Below are positions 15,114 to 25,469 of a stretch of DNA of 30,000 nt, piece after piece (the first letter of the stretch is position 1; every line of letters begins with the position of its first letter). The stretch comes from Sutterella faecalis (GTDB taxonomy: Bacteria > Pseudomonadota > Gammaproteobacteria > Burkholderiales > Burkholderiaceae_F): positions 18,654 to 48,653 of the forward strand of contig NZ_CP040882.1 in NCBI RefSeq assembly GCF_006337085.1, read 5' to 3'. The notes beneath the pieces are model-generated. The model was given only the letters and a program-made list of their open reading frames with translations, did not search any database and was not told the DNA's origin. The position numbers and the translations under genes are program-made.

Positions 15114-16964
15114 ATGTCAATGAAATTCAAGGCAGTCGCCGCCGCCGTCGGGATTGCGCTCAGCGCGCTCACCTTCAATGCGATCGGCTGCTCGACCGTC
15201 ATCGTCGGCAAGGACGTGAGCAAGACGGGCACAATCATCATCGGCCACAACGAAGACAACGGCGGCCGCATTCTGAACCCGCAGTACTGGGTGCCGCCGC
15301 AGGATCATGCAGAGGGCGAAATGATCAAGTTCGAGCCCGCCGCCGCCTCAATCCCGCAGGTCCAGCATACTTTCGGCTTCTATTGGTCTCAGACCTTTGA
15401 TCCCAACGGCGCTTCCTTCTCGGACGGCTTCGTCAATGAAAACGGCGTCGTGATCGTGACGAACGCCTGCACGGGGATCTACGAGGACGACGTCATGCCG
15501 ACCAAGGACGGCGGCATCGGCTACGGCATCCGCCGCCTGATGGCCGAACGCGCTACGAGCGCCCGTCACGCCATCGACATCGCGATCGACCTCCTCGGGA
15601 AGTACGGCTACTTCTCTGAAGGCCGCACCTACACGGTCGCCGACAGCAAGGAAGCCTGGCAGATCGCCATTCATCAGGGCAACACCTGGGTCGCGCGCCG
15701 CGTGAAGGACAATGAGGTCGTCTATATTCCCAATAATTTCATGATGGATCGCGTCGACGCCACCGATACGGAAAACGTCATCGTGGCGCCCGGAATGATT
15801 GAGCGCGCGATCAAGAACGGCCGCTACAAGCCCGCCGTTCCCGGCGTCTACAACGACTTCAACTTCCGCGTGGCCGTGGCGCCCGCTGAGCGCCGCGCAG
15901 CGGGATACAACCTTTCGCGCAACAACCTTGCCTGGAAGAAGTTGATCGGTCAGGACATCACGGATCCGGAAAAGTTCCCGTACAGCACGACTCAGTCGAA
16001 GAAGATGGGCGTCGAAGAGGTCGAGGATCTCCTTCGCACGCATGAACCGCAGATTGGGGACGATCCGGGCTGGTACCACCACCAGGGCATCGGCCTCTGC
16101 CGCCCGACCACGCATGAGTCCGGCGTCTACGTGCTCGACAAGAACCCGCTTCTCATCACGGGCTACCGCACGATGGCGCGTCCCTGCGAAACGCCTTACG
16201 TACCCTTCTTCCCGCTCGCAGCGCCTGCAAAAGCGGCCGCCTTCATGAGCTGGGAGAAGGCAACGGCTGAGCACTTCAAGGGCACGCCTGAGCTCTTTAG
16301 TTTCAATCCCGACTGGCAGTCCTTCCGCTTCGTCGAACTCGCCAACATCGTCGACTACAACCGCGATGCCTTTAAGGACAACACGAAGTTCATAAACGGC
16401 CTCGAGAAGACCTGGATGAAGGATGCGGCCGCCGCGAAGGCGCAGGCTGCAGCGCTTCTTGGGTTCTCGGAAGAAAAGGCCCGCGCCTATCTCCATGCCT
16501 TCAATGCCGAAGCCTTCGACAAGGCCCAGTATGCGGTCGGAGAAGAAGCGAGAAAGCTCATGCCGCACGAAGTTGCGGTGCTTGCCGACACGATCAATCC
16601 GAAGTCCGAGAAGACGGTCGACGTGGTGCTCTATTCGGACGCGAAGCTTGACGCTTCGAAGATCGACCTCTCGCGCACGCATGCCGGCGTCGGCCGCTCC
16701 TCGATCGGCACCACGGGCGTTGTGAGCGCGCTCGCGAAGCCCGTGAAGCATGAAGTAAAGGACATGAACGGCGACGGAAAGAAAGACATGGTCCTCACCT
16801 TCAAGGCCAGCGAGATCGCTCAGAACATGATTCCGGGCGCCACCTACGACATCTGGCTCTACACGATGGACGGGAAGAAGCGCGTAGCGGGCTTCGACAC
16901 CGCCCTCATTGAGCCCGACGGCTACAAGCCCGTGAAGGCGAAGAGCGAGACGCACGACCGCTGA
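15114..16964 (+). CDS. Secreted C69-family dipeptidase (Ntn-type cysteine peptidase) with a C-terminal extension
   Basis: 616 aa with GGAGAG RBS at 15102-15107. The signal peptide MSMKFKAVAAAVGIALSALTFNAIG is immediately followed by CSTVIVGKD, the catalytic N-terminal Cys context of C69. The motifs GHNEDN and YIPNNFM are present. The roughly 130-aa C-terminal domain carries a Ca-loop-like DMNGDGKKD. Confidence 0.85.
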   Translation: MSMKFKAVAAAVGIALSALTFNAIGCSTVIVGKDVSKTGTIIIGHNEDNGGRILNPQYWVPPQDHAEGEMIKFEPAAASIPQVQHTFGFYWSQTFDPNGASFSDGFVNENGVVIVTNACTGIYEDDVMPTKDGGIGYGIRRLMAERATSARHAIDIAIDLLGKYGYFSEGRTYTVADSKEAWQIAIHQGNTWVARRVKDNEVVYIPNNFMMDRVDATDTENVIVAPGMIERAIKNGRYKPAVPGVYNDFNFRVAVAPAERRAAGYNLSRNNLAWKKLIGQDITDPEKFPYSTTQSKKMGVEEVEDLLRTHEPQIGDDPGWYHHQGIGLCRPTTHESGVYVLDKNPLLITGYRTMARPCETPYVPFFPLAAPAKAAAFMSWEKATAEHFKGTPELFSFNPDWQSFRFVELANIVDYNRDAFKDNTKFINGLEKTWMKDAAAAKAQAAALLGFSEEKARAYLHAFNAEAFDKAQYAVGEEARKLMPHEVAVLADTINPKSEKTVDVVLYSDAKLDASKIDLSRTHAGVGRSSIGTTGVVSALAKPVKHEVKDMNGDGKKDMVLTFKASEIAQNMIPGATYDIWLYTMDGKKRVAGFDTALIEPDGYKPVKAKSETHDR

Positions 16965-17043
16965 TCGCGTTCAGGTCTTTCTTCTGAAAGGGACCTTCCT
17001 TGAATCTGAGATCGATTGAGGAAGGTTCCGGCAGGTCAAAAAG

Positions 17044-17090
17044 AGAGAAGCGTCGCAGGAATAAGAGCCTGCGGCGCTTCTCTTGCGTTT
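17044..17090. terminator. Bidirectional terminator between the convergent dipeptidase and DoxX genes
   Basis: The stem agagaagcgtcgcagg/cctgcggcgcttctct has one mismatch and is followed by tgcgtttt on +. On the - strand the hairpin is followed by cttttt. Confidence 0.65.
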
Positions 17091-17104
17091 TACGCGGGAG
17101 GAAA

Positions 17105-17521
17105 TCAGGCCTTCTTAGCAGCTGCCTTGGTCAGTCCAGAGAGGGAGAAGCTGCCTGCGCCCGTGAAGAAGAGCGTCACAAAGCCGAAGAGGTAGAGAAG
17201 CGGCATTTCGCGCGCGCCGAAGTCCTTTCCGGCAAGCACCACGAAGGCAATCGTGAGGAAGGTGCAGATGAGGGGAATGAGCGCGGCGCGCGTCCAGAGA
17301 CCGATGAGGACGAAGATCGAGCAGACGACTTCGGCGAAAATCGCAAGAAGCAGAGCCGTCAGATGGCCCGTCTCAAAGGGATCCGGGAAGGAGTTGGAAA
17401 GTGAAGAGAAATTCTCGATTTTGGCAATGCCGTGCGTGAGAAGGCTCCCTGCAAGGGCGATGCGGAGAAAAAGGAGGCCGAAGGAAGTCGAAAGGGCGGA
17501 GCTGGTGAAGAGGCGGGACAT
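17105..17521 (-). CDS. DoxX-family inner-membrane protein
   Basis: 138 aa with four hydrophobic helices. The N-terminal LLFLRIALAGSLLTHGIAKI is typical of DoxX. Confidence 0.75.
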   Translation of the reverse strand: MSRLFTSSALSTSFGLLFLRIALAGSLLTHGIAKIENFSSLSNSFPDPFETGHLTALLLAIFAEVVCSIFVLIGLWTRAALIPLICTFLTIAFVVLAGKDFGAREMPLLYLFGFVTLFFTGAGSFSLSGLTKAAAKKA

Positions 17522-17700
17522 TATGGATAAACCTTAAATATTGGGTAACGTTCGACAAAGAACGAATGAAAGGATGTTACCGCCTGCTTACTGGTAAAAA
17601 CCTGATGTTACAATTCAAAATGGAAATAAACATTCCGGATTAGGGAAGTTGCCCTAGAGCCTGAGCGAGAACCTGACTCTGGTTCTCTAAGATGCCGCCG

Positions 17701-17743
17701 AAATAAAAACGCTCCGGAACCGTTTTTTAAGCAGTTCCGGAGC
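17701..17743 (-). terminator. Intrinsic terminator downstream of ydiO
   Basis: The stem gctccggaac/gttccggagc (17711-17720 and 17734-17743) is followed on the - strand by gtttttattt. Confidence 0.8.
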
Positions 17744-17778
17744 GCAAAGCGCAGTTCTGAAGGTTCAAAACATCAGGA

Positions 17779-18933
17779 TTATTCGCGGTAGGCCTTCAGG
17801 ATCTGACGGCCGGCGATGTAGATCATGATTTCGTCCGTGCCGCCGCCGATGCGTTCGCAGCGGACGTCGCGCCAGAGGCGGGAGACGCGGGCGTCGTTCG
17901 TGTAGCCGAGGCCGCCCATGATCTGGATCGCGTCGTCGATCACTTCAAGCGCCGTGCGGGCGCAGTAGAGCTTCGCAAGCGACGACGTCACGCGCAGCGA
18001 TTCCTTGCGGTCCGCCTGCCAGGCCGTCTGCAGAACCATGTTGCGCATGTTCTTGCACTTGACGGCCATGAGGGCGAGCTTTTCCTGAATCATCTGGTTG
18101 AAGCCGATCGGCTGACCGAACGCGATGCGCTGGTTGGCGTAGCGGGCGGCGTCCTCGAAGGCGCATTCCGCAAAGCCCGTGCAGCGGGCGGCGTTGATGA
18201 GGCGCTCCATTTCGAAGTTGTACATGACGTTGAGGAAGCCCTTGCCTTCCTCGCCCACCATGTCGGATTCCTCAACCTCGACGTTGTCGAGGTAGACCTC
18301 GCAGGTGCTCACGAGGTGCCAGCCGATCTTGTGAAGGGGATTCACCTTGATGCCGGGCTTCTTCGCGTCGACCCAGAAGAGGGAGAAGGCTTTCTTCGGA
18401 TCCTGCTGCTCGGGATCGCGGGCGATGACGAGCATGTACGGGTATTCGGCAGCGCCCGTGATGAAGGTCTTCTGGCCGTTGAGGTAGATCTTGCCGTTGC
18501 GGCGCGTGAAGGTCGTGGCGGTGGCGTTGCTGTCGCTCCCGGCGCCCGGTTCCGTGAGGGCGAGCGAGTAGGCGGGGTCGCCCGTGGCGGCCGTGCTTTC
18601 AGCGGTCTTTTTGAGCTGCTCGGGGGAGCCGAAGCGGAGCATCGAGTGGATGCACTGGCCGTTCGTAAGGAGGAAGGCCGGAGCGCCGCACTTGGCGACT
18701 TCCATGAGGGCGAGCATCTGCGTCACGTAGTCGGCCGGAATGCCGCCGAATTCTTCAGGGACGCCGAGCATCGAGATGCCGTTTTCGGCGAGGGCCTTCA
18801 TGAATTCGCGCGGGTAGGTGCTCGTTTCGTCGTGGGTGCGCCAGTACTCTTCAGGGAACTCGGTCGTGATGAGTTCGCGGATGGAGGCAAGGAGCAGCTC
18901 CTGCTCTTCGGTGAGCGAAAAATCGATAGCCAT
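17779..18933 (-). CDS. ydiO: Acyl-CoA dehydrogenase / enoyl-CoA reductase, YdiO-like (CaiA-type)
   Basis: 384 aa. The opening IDFSLTEEQELLLASIRELITTEFPEEYWR...GISMLGVPEEFGG and the C-terminal RDVRCERIGGGTDEIMIYIAGRQILK match my recollection of E. coli YdiO nearly collinearly. Confidence 0.9.
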   Translation of the reverse strand: MAIDFSLTEEQELLLASIRELITTEFPEEYWRTHDETSTYPREFMKALAENGISMLGVPEEFGGIPADYVTQMLALMEVAKCGAPAFLLTNGQCIHSMLRFGSPEQLKKTAESTAATGDPAYSLALTEPGAGSDSNATATTFTRRNGKIYLNGQKTFITGAAEYPYMLVIARDPEQQDPKKAFSLFWVDAKKPGIKVNPLHKIGWHLVSTCEVYLDNVEVEESDMVGEEGKGFLNVMYNFEMERLINAARCTGFAECAFEDAARYANQRIAFGQPIGFNQMIQEKLALMAVKCKNMRNMVLQTAWQADRKESLRVTSSLAKLYCARTALEVIDDAIQIMGGLGYTNDARVSRLWRDVRCERIGGGTDEIMIYIAGRQILKAYRE

Positions 18934-18980
18934 TTTCTCTTTTCCTTGAAATGGGAAAGGTTTGGGAATTTGGGAAGGTG

Positions 18981-20573
18981 TTATTCAGCGTCGGGGAGCT
19001 TGAAGCCCATGACGGCATCCGTGAAGATGCACGCATCCATCTGCTTGAGATCCTTGTCGATCACGGGCTTGAAGCCCATCTTCGCGACGATGTCGCGCTC
19101 GATGTCGACGCCCGGAGCAACTTCGACGAGGTGGAGGCCGTCTTCCTTGAGGGTGAAGACCGCGCGTTCGGTGACGTAGCGGACGTCGAGACCGCGTTCG
19201 AGCGCAACCTTCCCCGAGAACGTGATTTCAGGGAGGTGGTCCACGAACTTCGTGACGCGCCCTTCCTGGGTGATCGTGAGCTTGCCGTCGCCGACTTCGG
19301 TCCTGAGGCCGCCCGCGGTGAGCGTGCCGCAGAAGACGATCTTCTTCGAGGTGGCGCTGATGTCGATGAAGCCGCCCGTGCCCATGATCTTGCCGTTGAA
19401 CTTGTGGACGTTGACGTTGCCTTCCTTGTCGACTTCGGCAAAGGAGAGGTAGCAGACGTCGAGGCCGCCGCCGTGGTAGAAGTCGAACTGCGCGGTCATG
19501 TCGAGGATGGCGCGGGTGTTGACGTTTGCGCCGAAGGCGACGCCCTGCGTCGTGATGCCGCCGATCGGGCCCGTTTCAACGGTGAGGACGAAGTCTTCGT
19601 CGCAGCCTTCCTCGCGGGCGACGAGGCCGATGCCGTCGGCAATGCCGACGCCGACGTTGCCGATCGCCTGCTTCTTCATTTCATAGAGGGCGCGGCGGGC
19701 AACAACCTTGCGCTGGTTGAGCGGAATCTTGACGCGTTCGGAATCGTCGAGCGTGAAGTCGCCCGAGATGAAGCGGTTCACAGGGGCGCCGCCGTAGAGC
19801 TGCGTCTGCTGCGGGTCGACGACGACGATGTCGACGAGGTAGCCCGGGATGCGGACGTTCTTCGGATGAAGGGTCGCCTTCTTCACCATCTTCTGCACCT
19901 GCATCATCACGATGCCGCCGTTGTTGTGAACGGCTTCGGCGATGACGAGGGCGTCGAGGTACATGACCTCGTCCTCAAAGGTCGCATAGCCCTCGCTGTC
20001 GCAGGTCGTGGCGCGGATGAAGGCGACATTGGGCGGAACCGACTTGTAGTAGAGGTATTCCTTGTCGTCGATGTTGACGAGCTTGATCAGGTCTTCCTTC
20101 GTCACGTCGTTCAATTTGCCGCCCTGGTTGCGCGGATCGACGAAGGTGCCGAGGCCGATTTCCGAGATGATGCCGGGCTGGTGGGCAGCAGACGCGCGGA
20201 GCATCTGCGTGAGGACGCCCTGCGGGTAGTTCCAGGCAGAGATCTTGTTCTGCTCAGCGAGCTCGGAAATGCGGGGCGACTGTCCCCAGTGGCCGCAGAG
20301 CGCCCACTTGACGAGGCCTTCCTGGGCAATCGGGCTGATGCCGCGCTCGGCGCGGTCGCCGAGACCCGTCGGGCTGATGATGCCGAGGTTCTTCGGGGTC
20401 TGGGTGGTCTTGTAGCGTTCGGCGAGCGCTTCGATGAGCTTCGTCGCTTCAAGAATGCCGCCGCCGGCGCCGAGAACGCAGAGCGTGGCTTCGTCAGGAA
20501 TGTAGGTCACGGCCTCTTCGGCGGACATGACGGGCACGCGGCCGTTGATGCGCTTGGGTTTTGCAATCTGCAT
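18981..20573 (-). CDS. ydiF: Family I acyl-CoA:acetate CoA-transferase (fused alpha/beta), YdiF-like
   Basis: 530 aa. The segments RINGRVPVMSAEEAVTYIPDEATLCVLGAGGGILEAT and TVETGPIGG and the overall length match E. coli YdiF as recalled. Confidence 0.9.
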   Translation of the reverse strand: MQIAKPKRINGRVPVMSAEEAVTYIPDEATLCVLGAGGGILEATKLIEALAERYKTTQTPKNLGIISPTGLGDRAERGISPIAQEGLVKWALCGHWGQSPRISELAEQNKISAWNYPQGVLTQMLRASAAHQPGIISEIGLGTFVDPRNQGGKLNDVTKEDLIKLVNIDDKEYLYYKSVPPNVAFIRATTCDSEGYATFEDEVMYLDALVIAEAVHNNGGIVMMQVQKMVKKATLHPKNVRIPGYLVDIVVVDPQQTQLYGGAPVNRFISGDFTLDDSERVKIPLNQRKVVARRALYEMKKQAIGNVGVGIADGIGLVAREEGCDEDFVLTVETGPIGGITTQGVAFGANVNTRAILDMTAQFDFYHGGGLDVCYLSFAEVDKEGNVNVHKFNGKIMGTGGFIDISATSKKIVFCGTLTAGGLRTEVGDGKLTITQEGRVTKFVDHLPEITFSGKVALERGLDVRYVTERAVFTLKEDGLHLVEVAPGVDIERDIVAKMGFKPVIDKDLKQMDACIFTDAVMGFKLPDAE

Positions 20574-20827
20574 GGAATTCTCCGGATAGAGCGGCCCGCA
20601 CCGGGAGAACCCTGCGGACGCTTTGCTCGTAAATTTGGGGTTTCGGATTCGTCTACGCCCTTTTCGGGCGCGAGATAACCCGGCTGCGGCGCTTTTAGGG
20701 CGCAGCAGAGTGCTGGAGGTTTTCAGAAAATCGATCGTGCGGGCCCGCAGGGAAGAACTTCACTCGTGCGGGCGCGGTCCGCGTCCCGGCTGAAGAACGC
20801 CGGGGAGCGCGGGAAGACGGCCGGAAA

Positions 20828-21586
20828 TTAAGCCGCGTGAATGATCGAGAGGACCGTGCGGAGGTCGGTCACGGAGATCTGGCCCGGGGCGGAGGCCTTC
20901 TGGACGGCGCCGAAGGTGGCGGCGGAACCGAAGACTTCGCCGGCAAGGCGGGAGATGACGCCGGTCTTAGACATCGACATCGTGATGATCGGACGGTCGG
21001 CAATCTTCTCGGAAACTTCAAGGGTGGCGGCAAGAACCGTGAGAACGTCGGTCTTGGATTCGGGCATGAGCGCGATCTTGGGCACGTCGGCGCCGAGTTC
21101 CTGCATCTTGGTGAGGCGCTTGACGATCTCTTCCTTCGCCGGCGTCTTGTGGAAGTCGTGGTTCGACATGATGACCTTCACGCCCTTCGCATGCGCGCGG
21201 GCGATGGCCTGGGAGACGAGGGCGTCGCCCGTGAAGAGCTCAAGGTCGATCGCGTCGACGAGGCCGCTTTCAGCCATGGCGATGTTGAGCGCAATGTAGG
21301 CTTCGGGAGCAAGTTCCTCTTCGCCGCCTTCCTTCTTGCTGCGGAACGTGAAGAGGATGGGCTTGTCGGGGAAGACTGCGCGGAGTTCGCGCAGGGCTTC
21401 GAGGGCGGCCGCCGTGTCGGCGATGGCGGCGAAGTGGTCGCCGCGCCATTCGAGGATGTCGAAGTCGGCGGAGCGGTAGGCGAGGGCTTCGCTCTTGACG
21501 GCGGCAATGTCCTTCGCCATCAGGGAGACGATGATCTTCGGGGCGCCTTCGCCCAGGGTAACGTTTTTAATCTGAACTGTCTGCAT
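20828..21586 (-). CDS. aroD: Type I 3-dehydroquinate dehydratase (cytoplasmic)
   Basis: 252 aa with no signal peptide. The motifs [34 protein letters not shown] (catalytic His) and PKIALMP (Schiff-base Lys) are present. Confidence 0.93.
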   Translation of the reverse strand: MQTVQIKNVTLGEGAPKIIVSLMAKDIAAVKSEALAYRSADFDILEWRGDHFAAIADTAAALEALRELRAVFPDKPILFTFRSKKEGGEEELAPEAYIALNIAMAESGLVDAIDLELFTGDALVSQAIARAHAKGVKVIMSNHDFHKTPAKEEIVKRLTKMQELGADVPKIALMPESKTDVLTVLAATLEVSEKIADRPIITMSMSKTGVISRLAGEVFGSAATFGAVQKASAPGQISVTDLRTVLSIIHAA

Positions 21587-21695
21587 TTCAGAATCCGGAG
21601 AGAGGAGAAAGTAAGGATACGGTGCTTTTCGGGGATCCGCGCCCCCCGCCGGACGGAGCTGGAGAAGATGCCGTCCGGACGGGGAAGTCAGCGGA

Positions 21696-22559
21696 TTACT
21701 TGAAGCCCATCGCTTCGCGGATGTAGTCGATCGGGAAGTCTTCGCCGGTCCAGAGCTTGAACTGCTCGTAGCCCTGCCAGAGGAGCATGCCGTAGCCGTC
21801 GACGGTCTTGCAGCCGGCAGCCTGAGCCTGCTCGAGGAGCTTGGTGATGTGCGGGTTGTAGACGCATTCGGAGACGAGGAGATCCGGGCGGAGCATCGAG
21901 ACGTCCTTGATGACGGAGAGCTCGTGGAGCGGCTTCATGCCGACCTTGGTGGCGTTCGTGAGAACGTCGGCGCCGGCGATGGCGTCGCCGAAGAGCTTCT
22001 CATCGTCGAGGTCGCAGACCGTGACGCGGCAGTCGGAGTTGTCGTTCACGCGCTTCGCAAAGGCGTGGGCGCCTTCCCAGAATTCGTCCTTGCGGTTGAA
22101 GAGCTTGATTTCCTTGAAGCCTTCAACGGCAGCCTGAGCACCGATGGCGGTGGCGGCGCCGCCCGCACCGACGAGGACCATGGTCTTGCCCTTCACGTCG
22201 AAGCCGGTTTCCTTGATGGCGCGGATGTGGCCCGTGCCGTCCGTGTTGTAGCCCTTCAGGTAGCCGTTGTCGTTCACGATCGTGTTGATGGCGCCGGCGA
22301 GCTTGGCGGCCGGGGCGAGTTCGTCCATGAACTGGATGGCGAGCTGCTTATTCGGCATTGAGACGCCCGAGCCGCGCATCTTCAGAGCGCGAAGGCCCTT
22401 GATGGCATCCGGGAAGGAGGCGTTGTCGACCTCGAAGGCCATGTAGCAGTAGGGAAGGCCGAGCTTGTCGAGAGCGCGGTTCTGCATCGTCGGCGAGAGG
22501 CTGTGACGAATCGGGTAAGCCATGAGGCCGATGAGCTCGTACTTAGCGGTGACTTCCAT
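21696..22559 (-). CDS. ydiB: Quinate/shikimate dehydrogenase, NAD(P)-dependent
   Basis: The ATG at 22559 is preceded by AAGGAG. The sequence [23 protein letters not shown]...GVSMPNKQ...GYNTDGTGH...[12 protein letters not shown] is collinear with E. coli YdiB as recalled. The longer ORF from 22634 adds a low-complexity extension. Confidence 0.9.
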   Translation of the reverse strand: MEVTAKYELIGLMAYPIRHSLSPTMQNRALDKLGLPYCYMAFEVDNASFPDAIKGLRALKMRGSGVSMPNKQLAIQFMDELAPAAKLAGAINTIVNDNGYLKGYNTDGTGHIRAIKETGFDVKGKTMVLVGAGGAATAIGAQAAVEGFKEIKLFNRKDEFWEGAHAFAKRVNDNSDCRVTVCDLDDEKLFGDAIAGADVLTNATKVGMKPLHELSVIKDVSMLRPDLLVSECVYNPHITKLLEQAQAAGCKTVDGYGMLLWQGYEQFKLWTGEDFPIDYIREAMGFK

Positions 22560-22734
22560 TTTTGACTCCTTCAAATATTTAGGAAATGCGGAAGATTTGG
22601 AGATCGGGGTTCCGGGACCAGGGATCGGGTCCATGAGCCGGAGCGCCCGGGGATATCCGGCTTCCGGGGAAGAGCGGGGAAAGGTTCCTCACTCTTTCCG
22701 GAAAAGCCTGTTGGGTTGGGTTAGAGAAAGCGGA

Positions 22735-23982
22735 TTACTTGATGAAGCGCGCTTCGCCGAAGCGGACGTCCTGCGCCGGGATCGAGAAGATCGCGTAGTA
22801 GCGGCGGAAGAGGTAGAGCGACGTGAGGAGCGTGAGAACAGCGAGACCAAAATCGAGGAGGATGATGTACTTGATGCTGATCTGCGAGAGGTAGCCGGTG
22901 GCGAGCGGGATCACGAAGTTTGCGAGGCCGCCCATCATCATGTAGACCGAGGTCACCTTCGCCTTGCTCTTCGGGAAGAATTCAGCCATCACCGCAACGC
23001 CGAGCTGCAGGATGCCGCCCGCGGCGGAGAAGCCGATCAGGAAGGCGCTCGCCTTGCAGATGAGAGGCGTCGGGTAGAGGAAGAGAACGAGTGAGGCGAG
23101 GCAGGCGATGAGGCTGTTGAGAACCATCGCCCAGACCGGACGGACCTTCGACTTCAGGAGGTAGGCGAAAGCGAAGACGCAGACGAGCGAACCGATGCTG
23201 TAGTAGGAGATCGTCGTGAGGGACTCCGATTCCGACATCCCGCCGAAGGCCATGGCATAGCGCGGCATCCAGACGGCAATCACGTAGAAGGTCGAGAAGG
23301 CGGCGACGCCGAAGATCACGGCCATGAGGCCTTCACCCCAGTAGGAGGGCTGCTGGCGCATCTGCGGCAGATCCTTGAGAACCGCTGCGTCGACGGCCTG
23401 GCTCGGGAAGCGGCACTTAAGGACGAGAAGCGTGATGAGGACGAAGATGATGCCCGGCACAATGAAGGCGTAGCCGTACCAGAGGCTCGAGACCATGAGG
23501 AAGCTCACGGCCATCGGATAGAGCATCTGGCCGAAGGAAACCATGGCCTTCAGCAGAATCACGGCGGAGCTCGAGGCTTTCGGGAAGCATTCAATCAGAG
23601 CCGGATACCCGCCCGTGTCGATCGCTGAGTTGGCTGCGCCCACCGCAAAGGCGAGGCAGAAGGCAACCATCAGGTTGGGGCTGTAGGGGATGCCGAAGAA
23701 GAAGATCATGTAGAGGATGATCCCGAGGAGAATCATCGCGCGGCGGCCGAACTTGTCCGAGAGCGCGCCGAAGAAGAGGATCGTGACGAGGCGGCCGAGG
23801 CCGATGCCGGAAATCAGGTAGGCGATGCCGGCGCTGTCGGTGGCGAACTTCTCGGCAAGGGAAGTCATGTTCTGCGCGAGCGCGATGACGCTCGCGCCGT
23901 GCAGGAAGTAGCTGAGGTAGATGCCTATCGCTGCGAGCATGAAGGACGTGCCTTTCGACGGCCCGGCTGGTGATTGACTCAT
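22735..23982 (-). CDS. ydiN: MFS transporter, YdiN-like
   Basis: 415 aa and multi-TM. The motif GRLVTILFFGALSDKFGRR is the MFS loop 2-3 signature. The sequence and the position next to ydiB match E. coli YdiN as recalled. Confidence 0.85.
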   Translation of the reverse strand: MSQSPAGPSKGTSFMLAAIGIYLSYFLHGASVIALAQNMTSLAEKFATDSAGIAYLISGIGLGRLVTILFFGALSDKFGRRAMILLGIILYMIFFFGIPYSPNLMVAFCLAFAVGAANSAIDTGGYPALIECFPKASSSAVILLKAMVSFGQMLYPMAVSFLMVSSLWYGYAFIVPGIIFVLITLLVLKCRFPSQAVDAAVLKDLPQMRQQPSYWGEGLMAVIFGVAAFSTFYVIAVWMPRYAMAFGGMSESESLTTISYYSIGSLVCVFAFAYLLKSKVRPVWAMVLNSLIACLASLVLFLYPTPLICKASAFLIGFSAAGGILQLGVAVMAEFFPKSKAKVTSVYMMMGGLANFVIPLATGYLSQISIKYIILLDFGLAVLTLLTSLYLFRRYYAIFSIPAQDVRFGEARFIK

Positions 23983-25469
23983 GGGTTTTCTCCGGTTGAG
24001 AAAGCTGCAGGCATTAAAAAAAGCTTTTTAAATATTTGGCTCTTAATCGTGAAGCAGCTGTCAGGAGAAATAAAAATATTTCTGAATGAGAAAATTTCTC
24101 CGGCAGGAACTTGACTGATTTATTTTGCTGTCTGCAACTATCGATTTAGTTCCATTGGACGAGAGTCATTATCGAAAGCGGGCGGATGAAAACGAATGCA
24201 ATTTGGTGTTTTAATTCTCAAGAATGATGCAGGGACCCGGCGCTTTCCGGACAATGCTTAAAAACGATATCTCCCGGATGATTGGGGAAAATGCTCCGGT
24301 TAAACCGGAAAAGCCCGGATGAATGAGCAGTGGTTTTTTGCTTGTCGCTCAGGACAATCCTGCACGGGCTGCAGAATTTTTCGCTTCCTCCGCCCCCGAA
24401 AGCGGGGTCGGAAGGCTTTTTTGAGGGGCTTGCGAAAGGGCGGATAAGAGGGTTCGGGACCAGGGGCGAGGCCCTCAGCCGGTGCGCTATCTGCCGAGAG
24501 GTGAGCAGTCGCTTTCGCCGATCCAACTTATTGATAAATATTGGATCGTGAGATAAATCGACTCTCGCGGTCTGGTTCCTGAAGGGACGCCCGGGCGATC
24601 CCCTATATATAAGGGGCGCTGCTCGCGAAGGAGCTGAGCGAGCCTTCCTTCCGTCGAAAAGGGCGTTTTCAACAAAGCTGCATCTCAGGGCCGGGAAGCG
24701 GTGAGAAAAAGCGTTTTGAGGCAGAAAGCGGCATCCGGAGAAGAGGAGAAAGCATCCAAAAAGAGCGCCGCGCATGGGGCGGGAAGGCGAAATCTCATGG
24801 GTCTTCTCAGCGGAGTATCAAACTATTTCAAATAAAACAATTAATTGCGAACCGATATCTCCATGCCGGGCGCGCTCCGGAAGGCGGTTCGAGGCCTTCA
24901 ATAATCCTGCAGGCAGGGTGATCAATCTTGCTGCAGGCGCTTTCCGCGGGTGGAAATGCGGGAGCGTCCAGGGCTCCGGAATGGCGGCGCCGGGGAGGGC
25001 GAAGGATGCTTCGGGATGAATGCAATTATTTTGATTGTTAAGGGAAAATTCATATTATCCCGCGTGAGCTGAACGTTTCGCCGGGTGCTTTCGGGCCCAA
25101 AAAAGCAGAGAAAGCCGTCTGAACGATCTGGCAGAGAAAGCGTGCTTTCGGCATGCCTATCGCAAAAGCGCCTTAATCCCATGCGGAATAAGGCCTGAGG
25201 AACGATTGATCGAGGAAGGGTTATTTATAGACTCGATCGTGCTCTGCAGAATTATTCAAATGAAAAGCAAGTAACCATCTCGCGGCTTTTGAATTAAGCC
25301 GGCAATATGTGCACAGCTTGAGGGACTTAATTCGAAAGAACGAATAAAAGCGCTCATTCCAGATATTTATTCCTGATATTCCGCATGACCGCTGAAAAGG
25401 TCTCTGACATATTTTCAGATATATACCCAGCCGGCCCTCATGCACACATCAAATAACGAAGGAGTCATT

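Noticed and set aside
15348-16955. 535-aa ORF on the - strand opposite the C69 dipeptidase gene
   Set aside because: The + strand product has the signal peptide and the C69 catalytic context. The - strand translation is compositionally biased and carries no motifs.
18951-20678. 575-aa ORF on the + strand opposite ydiF, together with 18316-19179 opposite ydiO
   Set aside because: These are antisense artefacts for the same reason. They are V/D/G/R/A-rich and lack motifs, while the - strand products match YdiF and YdiO end to end.
21640-21690. GC-rich imperfect hairpins in the ydiB-aroD spacer and the aroD-ydiF spacer (about 20781-20812)
   Set aside because: The stems are imperfect and no T-run follows on the transcribed (-) strand, so I do not call them terminators. 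They may be intercistronic RNA structures.
24270-24350. Possible cobalamin-riboswitch-like words (GGGGAAAA..CCGGTTAAACCGG..CAGTGG)
   Set aside because: The resemblance is only to short fragments. The order and spacing of conserved blocks do not fit the B12 element as I recall it, and neither flanking operon is B12-related. An Rfam scan would be needed to revisit this.
24218-24775. 185-aa ORF in the ydiN/ydiQ divergent region
   Set aside because: The translation is rich in R/S/P/F/G with no hydrophobic-core periodicity, no RBS and no recognisable domain. I treat it as non-coding, and the region is reported as a finding instead.
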